Shown: positions 48,272 through 58,638, counted from the first letter of the stretch. The stretch: DNA of 64,000 bases from Bryobacterales bacterium (GCA_965226245.1 CBDDCL010000015.1:1839412-1903411), one strand, 5' to 3'. Numbers and translations are program-made. The notes: generated from the letters alone by a model not told the origin.

Positions 48272-48598
48272 TTAGGCGCTGAACGAGCTGCCGCAGCCGC
48301 AAGTGGACTTCACGTCCGGGTTGTCGAACTTGAATCCGGCTCCCTCCATCGTCTCGACGTAGTCAATTCTGACTTCGTTGAGATAGAGCAAGCTAGCCTG
48401 GTCGACAAGCACTTTGAGGCCGCCGTCAAACTCGTAGGACTTATCCAGCGGCATCTGGCCGCTCTCAAAGGCCATCGAGTACTGGAAGCCCGAACAGCCT
48501 CCGCCCACAACAGAGACGCGAAGCGCTTCAGGCTTCGGGTCCTGCTGCGCCATGATTTCGTTGACTTTGCTGATCGCTTCCTCAGTCATCTGCATCAT
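48272..48598 (-). CDS. erpA: Iron-sulfur cluster insertion protein ErpA/IscA (HesB family)
   Basis: 108-aa ORF with LRVSVVGGGCSGFQY and the C-terminal CGCGSSF cysteine motif. Confidence 0.85.
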   Translation of the reverse strand: MMQMTEEAISKVNEIMAQQDPKPEALRVSVVGGGCSGFQYSMAFESGQMPLDKSYEFDGGLKVLVDQASLLYLNEVRIDYVETMEGAGFKFDNPDVKSTCGCGSSFSA

Positions 48599-48827
48599 TG
48601 TTCTAGTTCTCCTAACTGCCTTTGTCTCACTTTACCACACAGTTGATTATACCTGTGAGGCGGCTGGAGGTTCCACCCCGGGATTCGACATGTTCGCGCG
48701 GCAGAGGCGTTGATCGGGATGAGTGACCCGTCTTGCGTTCTGGGCTCTGGAAACCACTCTCATTCAGCTCGCGCAACATAGGGGACGAGATGCCACGCCA
48801 GCCTCTGGGGGAAGGGCCTACGGCCGT

Positions 48828-49028
48828 TTTCGGAGACGGTTCGGATTGGCGGTTCTGCTCGTTTTCGCGGCGGGGCCAGTAAGTGCTTCAGTGTTGGTCG
48901 TGCGGATCTTTCAAATGGAAAGGGGCCGTCCGTCTCCGCTGGGCAAGGTGACCGTCATCGCCCGTGCGCCGGATACCAAGGAGATTCTCGCGACTGCGAG
49001 GACCGATGATAGGGAAGGCCGGATTTCC
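48828..49028 (+). pseudogene. N-terminal relic of a CarboxypepD_reg-like/TonB-dependent-receptor-type gene
   Basis: RRRFGLAVLLVFAAGPVSASVLVVRIFQMERGRPSPLGKVTVIARAPDTKEILATARTDDREGRIS is a signal peptide plus the first beta-sandwich strands. There is no in-frame ATG, and the ORF terminates after about 100 codons. Confidence 0.35.
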
Positions 49029-49531
49029 GCTTGTCGAGGCAAAGTGACGTTTTCGCGACCGCTTCGGAGGCTTTCGGAGCACTATGTACGTTAACGCTCG
49101 ACTTGGGGCCGCTCTGCGCTGATTTTGAGGGGCAGTAATAAGTCATTTTGTTTCAGTGATTTGAGTCTACTCATTGCAGTATTCTACAGGAAATTTCATG
49201 ATATAGAGATTTTTGGCCTGGCACGGCGCAGTTGGCCTTCTCGCCGTTTTTGCGTGATGACTTGTTGTTCGATCGATTTATCCCCCTATCAGCATAGCGG
49301 ATCAATTGCGGTTGTCAATCTCTGAGCGGGTAAACTTGTTGAAAACACAGGGCATACTCTTCTTGGAGCTGTTTACTGGTCCATGGCGTTTGGCCAGAAC
49401 GGGATGCGAGGTTGCAGTCTTGAGGTTTGGTTGGGGTGGCGCGTATAGCCGAAGGACAACTGCTGCACCCTGTGAGCCGGGCGGTGCGAGTCGAGCGAGT
49501 GCCTCAAAGCACCAGCCGTGTACCGGTGGTT

Positions 49532-49873
49532 CTACGACAGCGCTGCTTCGCCTCTCTCCTCGTTGCGGATGCGAATAGCTTCCTCAAGGGGATAAATAAA
49601 GATTTTGCCGTCGCCGATCTTTCCGGTACGGGCTGCCTCGACTAGGGTTGTAACGGTTTCGTTAAGCCGAGAATCTGGGATCACAATCTCCACTTTCACC
49701 TTGGGCAGCAGGTCGACCTCGTATTCCTGGCCACGGTAAACCTCTTTGTGTCCTTTCTGTCGTCCGTGACCGCGCACGTCGAAGACGGTCATGCCTCCCA
49801 CGCCCATCGTCTCAAGTGCCTCTCTGACATCCTGCAACTTGTGGGGCTGGATGATGGCTTCAATCCTTTTCAT
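49532..49873 (-). CDS. glnB: Nitrogen regulatory protein P-II
   Basis: 113-aa ORF: MKRIEAIIQPHKLQDVREAL...GMTVFDVRGHGRQKG...YRGQEY (T-loop)...TGKIGDGKIF. Confidence 0.9.
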   Translation of the reverse strand: MKRIEAIIQPHKLQDVREALETMGVGGMTVFDVRGHGRQKGHKEVYRGQEYEVDLLPKVKVEIVIPDSRLNETVTTLVEAARTGKIGDGKIFIYPLEEAIRIRNEERGEAALS

Positions 49874-50023
49874 GGCCTACACTCCGTTGCCATTAGGCTC
49901 CCTACCTATAGGCCTCTTCTCATACAGAACAGATCCGGTACCCTTCGGGTTGCCCCAGCTACATGCGAAACACCCCTGGAATGCCCCAAGCCAATGGTGC
50001 GGGTCAGCGGGCGAGGGCATGGT

Positions 50024-50188
50024 ACCCGCCGCGCGCGTAAATTCGTAGTGACTGACCACGGTGGGTTGGGGCAACTTCACTTGGATTCTTCGCCACTTGC
50101 CTTCCGTGCCTTCGCTAAAGGGATAGTAGCCGATCATATACTGGTGGTGCCGTGTCTCGCCGACCTTGGCAACCGCCTCTTTCAACTT
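50024..50188 (-). pseudogene. Possible C-terminal relic of a TIGR03436-type (acidobacterial VWFA-related) protein
   Basis: ...HHQYMIGYYPFSEGTEGKWRRIQVKLPQPTVV... resembles the sYlLgYyp...dGkfrkI.Vkv.rpgl C-terminal signature. The enclosing ORF 49877-50266 overlaps the end of the 803-aa gene. Confidence 0.3.
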
Positions 50189-50213
50189 TTTCTGACGCCC
50201 CACGCCCCGCCCG

Positions 50214-52625
50214 TCACCGCTGAGCTGGGCCGCGATTTGCCGCTTGGGTGGTTTCTTTGACGACAAGTTTTACGCTGGCCGGGGGCAGGTTGTAGGGGGT
50301 GGTTTCTTCGTCGGAGAGTTTGGAGGAGGCCAGAATCTCAACCTCGTACTCTCCGGCGGGCGTTGTCGGGGCCGCCTGGCAACGGATCACGTAGGCAGTT
50401 CGTTCGGTTCCGACCTGAGCCTCCTCGCAACGGACTCCAAGGGGAAGATTCTCGGCCTTGACCGTCACGGGCTGAGTAAACTCCGCGTCGCGACGAACCG
50501 AGCCGGCCCATTCGCCGGAGCCGCCTTGGGAAAGAGTCAGTTCGTTCGCGGGAGGCTCCAGGGAATAGCCATCGACGACATTGATCTCAATCGGCTGGGA
50601 ATAGATCGTCCGCGTGCGCCCCCCGGAACGAATCGCCGCCGTGAGACTCAACTGAGTCCATAGACCAGGCGGCGTGCGCTCGTGAGCGACTATCGCGAAT
50701 TCGCCCCCCTTCGGCCTGCTGTTCTCCTCGTTCACGCGGAGCACAACTGGATCCTCGATGGCCGGCACGACAATCGGTTTCGCCAGGCGCACGCCGCCGC
50801 TCCGGGCCGTGAACTCCCACCGCACCAGGCGGCGCTTGCCTCCCAGCACCAAGCGAAACTTCCTGGCAGTCAGAATCTCCAGCACCGCTGGCTCTTCGGG
50901 CGTGATCATCGCGGGCAGCTCGTAGCCCAGCCAGTCAGCGCGAATCGCCTCTTGCCTCGTTCCCGACACGGTCACCATCAGGCCGGGCCCTTTTGCGCGG
51001 CGTTCGATCACTTTCCCGTCTTCAAGAACGGCTCGTCCGGCGACGCTAAGCTCGAGCACGCTGACCTCCGCGCCGGGTTTGGGCGTCAGAGTGATGGTTG
51101 CGGTTTCGAAGCGGCGCCGTATATTCGTTCTGCCCAGACCCAAGTTTGCTGGGATGTGGCCGCCCTGCACGATAATGTCGTCCGGCGCATTCGGCACGGA
51201 AAGGTCAATGCTTCCGTCGTAGCCGCGCCGTTCAGCGGTCACTGTCACCACGGCGGACCCACGCAACGGAATATTGACGAACGGCGTATCGAGGGTCAGC
51301 AGAAAATCAGGAGGTTGCTTTCGTGCGATCAACCGGTAGCTGAACGAAGGACCCCCGCGCTGCAGCAAGTCCTCGACCGAAACCGTCAGCTTGCGAACTC
51401 CCGGCGGAACCTCCAGGTTGATAAAGGGGTGGCTGCTGGTCTGTCCCGTGGTACTGATCACGTAGGGATTCGGGTCGCCCTGATAGGTCCCGGCCTTCGC
51501 GATGACTTCGTTGTTATCGCCGGCTATGGTGAGAACGCCGTAGAGATCGGAACTATCCAGCTCCGCTGATTGCAGCTCGAAGGCCCACTTTTGCCCTGCT
51601 TCCACGTTCAAGCGATAGCGGTCAACCTCTCCTCGATTCGCCAATCGCCCGTTGACAACCGTACCTTCGGGAAGATCCTTCGGATCCGGCCCGGGCGGCT
51701 CAATCACTTCCGGCTCGTCGCCCACGACAAATGGCAAAGAAGCAGGACTATCCGGGACGGAGACGAGTGTTTCTCCGGCCGCGCTCGGAACGTGGTCCAG
51801 GGTGATCTTCGAACGCCGGGGTTTTGGCAAGTTGCCGCCGAAGAACTCGGCTTCCACTGCTTCTCCTCTTCGCCAGCCAAGAGGGAAAACCCCATCGGCG
51901 TAAGTGTATTCCGCGATCGTCAGCCGGTAGAAGTCAGCCTTCTGCTGACTGAAGCGCTGATCATGGACCACGACAAAATAATCCCCGTCCGCCGCAAACC
52001 CGGCTTCGACTCGGGCATCGCGGCCCAGCCCCGGGGCATCGTCGCTCCGCGCCAGCCTCTTGCCCGCGCCATCCGAGACTTCGATGAATGGGTCGATCGC
52101 TGAACCAGAGCGCTCGGCGTCCACTTCGAAAACCAGCCTCTGCCCCTTGGTGGCGTGAAAGCTGTAATAGTCGCGGTCCGGACCCGTGAGCCGGCCCTGC
52201 ACCGTAACAGGCAATGAAACTCGCTGGGCCTGCCTCGGGGAGTCGTTGGAGAATTCCTCGGCAAGAGTTTCGGATTCCAGCTCTTCAATCTCGGGGAAAG
52301 GTCCCACGCCGAAAAACAGCACGTTCGAAAGACCGTCTGTTGTTTGGACACGGACGGGATAGCGGCCGAAGGGCGCATCGGCGGCGATCTCGATGAGATA
52401 AGAAAGCTCCCCGTCGGCGGATTTCTGCCGGGACAGCGGCGTGATTTCAGCCGGAATGGCGGTGACGAGACGCGGGTTGGAGTCGAGGCTGACTCCTTTG
52501 AGAATGAGCCGGGCGGCGGCGCCTCGCTGCCCGCCACTGGGGCGAATCTCTTCCAGAACAGGCTGCGCCGGCGTGCGGATTCCCGCGGCGATAAGCAGCA
52601 CGAATAAGAAGAATGTCCGTGGCAT
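50214..52625 (-). CDS. Large secreted protein with pre-peptidase C-terminal (PPC)-like domains
   Basis: Signal peptide MPRTFFLFVLLIAAGIRTPAQP. NDSPRQAQRVSLPVTVQGRLTGPDRDYYSFHATKGQRLVFEVDAERSGSAIDPFIEV is PPC-like, and a second similar unit is GTVVNGRLANRGEVDRYRLNVEAGQKWAFEL. Confidence 0.75.
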   Translation of the reverse strand: MPRTFFLFVLLIAAGIRTPAQPVLEEIRPSGGQRGAAARLILKGVSLDSNPRLVTAIPAEITPLSRQKSADGELSYLIEIAADAPFGRYPVRVQTTDGLSNVLFFGVGPFPEIEELESETLAEEFSNDSPRQAQRVSLPVTVQGRLTGPDRDYYSFHATKGQRLVFEVDAERSGSAIDPFIEVSDGAGKRLARSDDAPGLGRDARVEAGFAADGDYFVVVHDQRFSQQKADFYRLTIAEYTYADGVFPLGWRRGEAVEAEFFGGNLPKPRRSKITLDHVPSAAGETLVSVPDSPASLPFVVGDEPEVIEPPGPDPKDLPEGTVVNGRLANRGEVDRYRLNVEAGQKWAFELQSAELDSSDLYGVLTIAGDNNEVIAKAGTYQGDPNPYVISTTGQTSSHPFINLEVPPGVRKLTVSVEDLLQRGGPSFSYRLIARKQPPDFLLTLDTPFVNIPLRGSAVVTVTAERRGYDGSIDLSVPNAPDDIIVQGGHIPANLGLGRTNIRRRFETATITLTPKPGAEVSVLELSVAGRAVLEDGKVIERRAKGPGLMVTVSGTRQEAIRADWLGYELPAMITPEEPAVLEILTARKFRLVLGGKRRLVRWEFTARSGGVRLAKPIVVPAIEDPVVLRVNEENSRPKGGEFAIVAHERTPPGLWTQLSLTAAIRSGGRTRTIYSQPIEINVVDGYSLEPPANELTLSQGGSGEWAGSVRRDAEFTQPVTVKAENLPLGVRCEEAQVGTERTAYVIRCQAAPTTPAGEYEVEILASSKLSDEETTPYNLPPASVKLVVKETTQAANRGPAQR

Positions 52626-52845
52626 CTTATGAGCGTTTCGCTGGTCTGGTCCTAGTTTACACAGTTCAAGAACTGTCTGTGCGGCAGCCGGTCTCGCGGA
52701 CCATCGCGCGAGCTAGCAGCAGGGACGACGGTCCCCTGACGCCGGGTTCCAACACTTGCGGCGCACTTCGTGTGTTTCCCCGAGCCCAACCGCCGGCTCG
52801 TCGCCTCGGGCTTCGATACCTCATTTATCGTACCCTGGTAGTAGG

Positions 52846-53745
52846 ATGTCATCCGGCCCCTTCACGCCTGGAACGTACCGTCCTCCGGCCGTTCAGCCAG
52901 CCCCGATCGAGCCCTCCTGGAACGGCGGTTACCGTTTGGGGCCTCCGCCTCGGGTGGTGCGCAAGCCCCGGATCTGGCTGCACATCCTGCTGTTTGTATT
53001 GACGGTGTGGACGACCTCTTTATTCGGTGCGGTCTATTCGGTGTGCCTGATGTCCATCCTGACCGCTCACGAATTTGGTCATTATTTCGCGGCTCGCTAC
53101 CATCGGGTTCAGGCGAGCTTGCCGTATTTTATTCCACTGCCGGTCGGTTTTTTTGGAACACTCGGGGCCGTGATACGAATGTCCCCATACATTCCAAACC
53201 GCCGGGCGATGTTCGACATCGCCGCGGCCGGTCCAATCGCGGGACTCGTCATCGCTCTGCCGGTAGCCTTCATCGGAGTCGCAACGTCCGAATACGGCAC
53301 TCCTGACATGGAGGGGTCCTTGATACTGGGCGACCCACTGATGTTTAAAGTGATGGAGTGGATTATTTCCGGAGGGCGGCCTGAAGGCGCCGATCTCTAT
53401 CTCAACGAAATGGCCTATGCGGGATGGGTTGGACTATTCGTGACGGCGCTGAATCTCTTGCCGATTGGTCAACTCGACGGCGGGCATATTAGTTACGCGG
53501 TCTTCGCGGCCAAGAGCCGCTTCCTGGCCGCAACGGCCTTCGCGGGGCTCGTGTACATCAGTATCTTCATGAGCCCAGCCTACATTCTGTTCGTCGTTTT
53601 ACTATTGAGCTTTGGAATCAAGCACCCGCCAACAATGAACGACTTCATGCCGCTCAATCGCCCGAGACGCGTTGTTGGTGCGGTCCTCCTATTGGTTTTT
53701 ATTCTCTGTTTCACTCCGGTCCCATTCGACAAGTTCCGGTTCTAG
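52846..53745 (+). CDS. Site-2 protease family (M50) membrane metalloprotease
   Basis: HEFGHYFAARY zinc motif and LNLLPIGQLDGGH. Start chosen at ATG 52846 (MSSGPF...). Confidence 0.85.
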   Translation: MSSGPFTPGTYRPPAVQPAPIEPSWNGGYRLGPPPRVVRKPRIWLHILLFVLTVWTTSLFGAVYSVCLMSILTAHEFGHYFAARYHRVQASLPYFIPLPVGFFGTLGAVIRMSPYIPNRRAMFDIAAAGPIAGLVIALPVAFIGVATSEYGTPDMEGSLILGDPLMFKVMEWIISGGRPEGADLYLNEMAYAGWVGLFVTALNLLPIGQLDGGHISYAVFAAKSRFLAATAFAGLVYISIFMSPAYILFVVLLLSFGIKHPPTMNDFMPLNRPRRVVGAVLLLVFILCFTPVPFDKFRF

Positions 53746-53785
53746 AGCCGTTCGCGAATCATGCCGCAACTTGATCGGGTCCGTC

Positions 53786-54053
53786 AAATTGGATGCTGAG
53801 TGAGCAGATTTGAGCGGATTTCAGAAAATTCGCACTTTTTGGCCGTCCGGGCACACTTCTCCTTCACTTGAATTGCGGAAACGCCGGTGTGGCGCGTGGT
53901 GTCTAGCGCCGCGGGCCGGAGGAACCGACGAATCATCTTGCAAGAAGACCGGGTTCGGCGACCTGCTCTTGCCTTCTAAACGGTCGTGTTGGTCCAGTGC
54001 ATTCCTGCCGGCCGCTGATCTCATTGTAAGGGGTGTGTCAAGTCGGGCCGGAA
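53786..54053. repeat. D-family repeat copy D2
   Basis: aattggatgctgagtgagcagatttgagcggatttcagaaaattcgc...ctcattgtaaggggtgtgtcaagtcgggccggaaag. See D1. Confidence 0.75.
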
Positions 54054-54217
54054 AGTCTCTGGGTTGGTGCGGGATTTGGATGAGAAAGGCGCTGCAAGCA
54101 CAGTGTCTGTTCGACCTTTGGGTCTTCGGTAAGCAGTACAGGCGTCGACATGAGTGTCGACGCGGCAAGCTAAGAGCTTGCGCCACGTGGCGCGGTTGTA
54201 GTCGTCGGCGGTACGCG

Positions 54218-54979
54218 TCAGGCTCGCTGCAACTCGCTCCACAGCGCCTGGTAGTAGCGCAGGAAGCGGTCCGGCTCTTTGCTCTCCTGGCCGACTTCGC
54301 AAAGCGTGTAGCGGTCGTATCCGGATTTCTTGAGCAGATGGAAGAACTCGCGGTAGGGGTAACCGCTCACCAGCTCAGTGATATGGCAGTTCTTGATGTA
54401 GGGCCCGAGAAGGTCGAAGCTATTTTTGACTGAACCGTTGACGACATCGGTCGCATTCGAGTTCCAGCAGACGCCGACCGAGGGGTGTCCGCAAACTTCC
54501 ATGATCGTGCTCATGTTCGGGGGCAAGCGCGTGCCTCGTCCGTGGGCTTCGACCCAGATTTCGACCCCCTTACGCTCGCCCAACTCGCCGCACTCGCGAA
54601 GCGACTCGCCGATCCGTTGCAGCGTCACCCGCTCGGGAACACCCTCGGGAAAGCCGTTCGGCCGCACCTTAATGCCCCAACAGCCAAGATCGTGGGCCAG
54701 GTCGATGAAGCGCCCGGCTTCTTCGATGTTATCCCTGCGCACCTTCGGGTCAGCGGATTGAAACTCGCAGGTCGTACCCAAACTCAGCAGCCGGACTTTG
54801 CTGCGGTTGAAACGATCCCGGACTCTCTCACGCTCCTGCGCGGTGAGCGAGGGCTCGACACCGTGTTTGTGGGTCGTACGCAACTCGACGGCCTCGAACC
54901 GCGCCGCTTCGAGCCTTGCGATCATGGTTTCGATATCCCAGCTTCGTCCGATGTTGTAGCTGACAAGTCCGAGTCTCAT
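54218..54979 (-). CDS. Sugar phosphate isomerase/epimerase (xylose isomerase-like TIM barrel)
   Basis: MRLGLVSYNIG...FEAVELRTTHKHGVE...IKVRPNGFP...WVEAHG... pattern. Start at ATG 54979. Confidence 0.85.
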   Translation of the reverse strand: MRLGLVSYNIGRSWDIETMIARLEAARFEAVELRTTHKHGVEPSLTAQERERVRDRFNRSKVRLLSLGTTCEFQSADPKVRRDNIEEAGRFIDLAHDLGCWGIKVRPNGFPEGVPERVTLQRIGESLRECGELGERKGVEIWVEAHGRGTRLPPNMSTIMEVCGHPSVGVCWNSNATDVVNGSVKNSFDLLGPYIKNCHITELVSGYPYREFFHLLKKSGYDRYTLCEVGQESKEPDRFLRYYQALWSELQRA

Positions 54980-55424
54980 TGAGGCTGCCCCCCGCGATAT
55001 GTTACCACCTTCAGGCATTGAGCCATCGACTTTCCTCCTTGAAATCCATGTTTTCCTCAGCTCTATTGCTTGTTCTCAATTGCCGCCCTTGAGATTCATT
55101 GGTCTTCCGGGTTCTTAGTGGCTGCTGTGGGGTTGCACGATCGGGGCCTTTGTCAGCCGGCCTCGCCCTGCGCTTAAGCCGCTCGTCTGGCAGCATCCCG
55201 GAGAGACGAGGCAGGAGATGAAATGAGGAGGCTCGCCGGGGAAGTGAGTTAAGCTTCCGGCGAAGGGCTTCGCCGGCGCCGCTTCAAAAGCGGGCTTTCG
55301 AGCTGCTGGGCCTGTAGCCAGAAAAGAATCTCACCGGCCACCTTTCCGCCGCAGAATCAACGCCTTACTGTCGTGATTCCCGTGGAACTTCGGTTTAGTT
55401 GGGCGTACCAGATCCCGCGATCCG

Positions 55425-56429
55425 TCAGTCCATGCTTAGCATACCGGCGATGTTCCGCTTCGGCACGTACCCGACCGGAATCTTCTCGACCACCTTCATC
55501 GTCTTGTTGTCCACCACGACCGTTTCATCCGCCCCGGCGACGGCTACATAAAGACTCTTGCCGTCCGGCGTGATGGTGAGCCAATCCGGGTGAGGGCCGA
55601 CATCCACCACCTTCAGCAGCTTGTAATCCGGCAGCGAGTAGGCAACCACACAGTGGTAGTACTTGCTGGTGGCCCACAGCATCTTCCCGTCCGGCGTAAT
55701 GGCCAACCCGTGTGACGGCGACCCCTGCAAGACCTGCGTTTCCTTCTCGTGACCTGGCGGGTCTGGAAGCGTGATTCGCTGGGTCTCCTTGCGCGCCCCA
55801 AAATCGACCACCGCGAACCCGTGGAAATTGGAGAGCTGGACGATGATATCTTTCGTCGACCCGTCCGGATTCGTGGTGAAAGCCATCGGCCGGATGCCGG
55901 CGCTCAGCGTCAGCGTCCAGGCAACGGTATCGGTGGAAGTGTCGATGACGCTGATGGTCCGCGCCGGAATCGACCCGGCGACCGCATGCTTGCCGTCCGG
56001 CGTCACATAGACGTTGTGGATTCGGCCTTGGACGGGAATGCTCTTTACGTTCCTCAGCGACGCGGTATCGATGACATCCACGGCGCCCGGGGCCTCCGCA
56101 ATCCCGACGTAGACTTTCGCGCCGTCCTTCGCCACAGCGACGTTGTTGGGGCGGCCGCTCAACGGAATCCGCTTGAAGACCTCGAGGGTCTTCGCGGCCA
56201 CCACGTCCAGCGTCGTCAGCGATTCATTGGTGACGTAAATGCGGCTTCCGTCGGGAGCGATCGTGATGCCGTGCGGCACCTCGATATCCTCGATCACCCC
56301 AACCACTTTGTTGGTTGCGGGGTCGATCACATGAATGTTGTCGCCGGCGGCGTTCGTCTGGAGAACGCGGACGACGCCCGCGGCCAGCGACGTTGCCGCC
56401 ACAAGTGTTGCGATCATCGTACGTATCAT
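55425..56429 (-). CDS. YVTN-family (YncE-like) beta-propeller repeat protein, secreted
   Basis: Repeated ...G.PHGIAITPDG..lYVtne motifs (RIYVTNESLTTLDVV, KVYVGIAEAPGAVDVID, SLYVAVAGADETVVVD). The start ATG 56429 overlaps the upstream stop (ATGA). Confidence 0.8.
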   Translation of the reverse strand: MIRTMIATLVAATSLAAGVVRVLQTNAAGDNIHVIDPATNKVVGVIEDIEVPHGITIAPDGSRIYVTNESLTTLDVVAAKTLEVFKRIPLSGRPNNVAVAKDGAKVYVGIAEAPGAVDVIDTASLRNVKSIPVQGRIHNVYVTPDGKHAVAGSIPARTISVIDTSTDTVAWTLTLSAGIRPMAFTTNPDGSTKDIIVQLSNFHGFAVVDFGARKETQRITLPDPPGHEKETQVLQGSPSHGLAITPDGKMLWATSKYYHCVVAYSLPDYKLLKVVDVGPHPDWLTITPDGKSLYVAVAGADETVVVDNKTMKVVEKIPVGYVPKRNIAGMLSMD

Positions 56430-56872
56430 CGGGAACCTCCATGGGCCTGGCCGCGCACCCAGGCGGCCAGCGTTTGCCATTCTGGATCGCTCTGTGATTT
56501 CCAGTGTTTGCCGCCCGCATGGAAGCGGTCGCCACCCGCGGCCTCCGCCAGCGGATGCAGCAGCAGAGGGCTCTTCATTGGATCCCCCGGCACGACGAAC
56601 AGCTTCCAGGCTTCAAAGTTCTGGCGCGACTGTTCGTCGTCCCAGTTGGCGGCTCCTGGCGTGAGCTCTTGCAAGGGCGGACTGCGATGCCTGTGACAAG
56701 TCACGCAGCGCGCGTGCCCCGGGCGCTTGTTGAGGAAGATGGGCTGCACTCTTTCCTTGAAAAAGGAGTAGTCCAGGGAGGGCGCGGCAGGCGGCGAAGA
56801 GGCAGGTTGTTGAGCAAACAACGCCACGCTTGCCAGCAGGAAAAGGCTGGCCCGGTTGAGGAAACAGAACAC
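56426..56872 (-). CDS. Secreted c-type cytochrome domain protein
   Basis: Signal peptide MFCFLNRASLFLLASVALFAQQ and the haem-binding motif CVTCH. Confidence 0.7.
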   Translation of the reverse strand: MFCFLNRASLFLLASVALFAQQPASSPPAAPSLDYSFFKERVQPIFLNKRPGHARCVTCHRHRSPPLQELTPGAANWDDEQSRQNFEAWKLFVVPGDPMKSPLLLHPLAEAAGGDRFHAGGKHWKSQSDPEWQTLAAWVRGQAHGGSR

Positions 56873-56927
56873 GGCATACCCTCCTTTGAGAGACCATTGT
56901 ATACCCTCAAGGGCTGCACCATCCGCA

Positions 56928-57017
56928 CTAGGCTACAAACCACACCATGAATACGATCATCGCAATGCCGGCGAACGGGATGAATACTGCAATTACTTCT
57001 GGTCCGATTGGTCCCAT
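56928..57017 (-). CDS. Small hydrophobic peptide (29 aa, MGPIGPEVIAVFIPFAGIAMIVFMVWFVA), single predicted TM helix
   Basis: Own translation. A strong SD aaggagg sits 7 nt upstream of ATG 57017. It heads the cytochrome c / beta-propeller gene pair. Below the ORF-track cutoff. Confidence 0.4.
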   Translation of the reverse strand: MGPIGPEVIAVFIPFAGIAMIVFMVWFVA

Positions 57018-57177
57018 ACAAGTCCTCCTTGCGCTTACTGTGAACCAGTGCAGGGGTTGCTCGGCTGGCCCCGGCTCGATCCATCAGAACGCGATCTCAA
57101 TTCCATAACGATTCAGCGGCCCGGCGGGTTAACAGCTTGTACGAAAGAAAACCAAAACAATCCGGCAAACAACCATC

Positions 57178-57753
57178 TCAACGGTCGCCGGACGGCCCTT
57201 GGTAGCGGAAGCAGTCCGTCGTATGATCGTTGACCATCCCGACCGCTTGCATGAAGGCATAGCAGATCGTCGATCCCACAAAGTTGAACCCGCGTTTCTT
57301 GAGGTCCTTGCTCAGGGCATCCGACTCTTTACTGGTGGCGGGAACCTGTTGCAAGCTTTTCCAAGCATTGCGGATTGGCTTGCCGCCGACGAACTCCCAC
57401 AGATAGGCGTCCAGCGAACCAAACTCCTTCTGAACAGCCATCGCCGCTTTGGCGTTCCGAATCGCGGATGCGATCTTGAGGCGGTTACGGACGATCCCGC
57501 TGTTCCGCAGCAGGCTGCCGGCCTTTGCCGGGCGAAAGCGCGCCACCTTCGCCATCTCGAAGCCCGCGAAGGCTGCGCGGTAGGCTGGGCGCTTTTTGAG
57601 GATGGTTACCCAGCTTAGCCCGGCCTGGGCCCCTTCGAGAATCAGGAACTCAAACAGTTTCCGGTCATCATGAAGCGGCACGCCCCATTCGTTGTCGTGA
57701 TAATCGATCTCGATTGGGGTCTTGGCCCAACTGCAACGGGTTTGCTCTGGCAT
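57178..57753 (-). CDS. tag: DNA-3-methyladenine glycosylase I
   Basis: CSWA...YHDNEWGVPLHDDRKLFEFLILEGAQAGLSWVTILKKR... is classic Tag. Start chosen at ATG 57753. Confidence 0.85.
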   Translation of the reverse strand: MPEQTRCSWAKTPIEIDYHDNEWGVPLHDDRKLFEFLILEGAQAGLSWVTILKKRPAYRAAFAGFEMAKVARFRPAKAGSLLRNSGIVRNRLKIASAIRNAKAAMAVQKEFGSLDAYLWEFVGGKPIRNAWKSLQQVPATSKESDALSKDLKKRGFNFVGSTICYAFMQAVGMVNDHTTDCFRYQGPSGDR

Positions 57754-58047
57754 GTCGAATGTCTCGATTGTGCAAAGTTTCTTGCCATTCCCGAACTGCA
57801 CTACACCTGTTGGGAATTCTCGCGTAACTGGCCTTGACTCCCGAGTTTCCTAGCTGGCTCCTGAACGGGATATCGATCTCGAATTAAGCCACGCCTGTAT
57901 GATTTCATTGACGAGATTCTGGGCCTCGTCTAGCGACATTGGATCAGGGGGTGCCGGTTCCTTGTCGCGTCCGTGGCGCGCATCTGCACCCAGTACTTTG
58001 TAGGAGTTGGCTGTGCGCCTGAAGAGCCGAATTTGAGATTCGGGAGC

Positions 58048-58638
58048 TCATTTCCGCTTTACTAGCTTATGCAGACCGCCGCAGTCACGCTCCACAATCT
58101 CGAGCATGATGTATAAATTCCGCCATGTATGAGCCAACTTGCCGTATAGCGTTAGAGCCTCCCGAATATTGTCACTCTCGTCGGACAGGTCCACCCACAG
58201 ACCGATATCCTCGTGAGGCGACGAGCGGGGAAGCCCCACGGAAAGCCGGCCAAATCGAGTAACGACCTGGGTCCCGTGACAGAGCAAAATCGGTTCGAGC
58301 CTGCCGTCATCATGCAAGCGTACCGGCCCGTGCACGGACACTGGTTCGAAACCTTCAAAATGCAACAAAGCAGCGCCATTGATGACCTCTAGGAACTCTG
58401 CACCGGCGCGATCGACGTCCGACGGATGTTCGTGGGCATTGAGCTTGTCCGACTTGAGATAGAAGGCATTGGCTATCCGGACAATTGACCAGTCGACCAC
58501 GGAAACCTTGACTAGTTCGTTGAGGAATTCCTCAGGCCCCTTAAGTTTGACAAGCCACTCGCTCATGAATCTCGTGCTATTTGACAGTCTGCCGGCGAGT
58601 AGCAGTGCACCCGCGTGATCGCGGATGTAATCTCGCAT
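58048..58638 (-). CDS. Hypothetical protein in a locally AT-richer segment (start uncertain; alternative ATG at 58566)
   Basis: 196-aa ORF with ordinary composition (…MSEWLVKLKGPEEFLNELVKVSVVDWSIVRIANAFYLKSDKLN…). No family recognised. Confidence 0.5.
   Translation of the reverse strand: MRDYIRDHAGALLLAGRLSNSTRFMSEWLVKLKGPEEFLNELVKVSVVDWSIVRIANAFYLKSDKLNAHEHPSDVDRAGAEFLEVINGAALLHFEGFEPVSVHGPVRLHDDGRLEPILLCHGTQVVTRFGRLSVGLPRSSPHEDIGLWVDLSDESDNIREALTLYGKLAHTWRNLYIMLEIVERDCGGLHKLVKRK

Noticed and set aside
49219-49237. TGGCACGGCGCAGTTGGC resembling a sigma-54 promoter
   Set aside because: The GG-to-GC spacing is not the required 10 nt, and no gene is positioned downstream on that strand.
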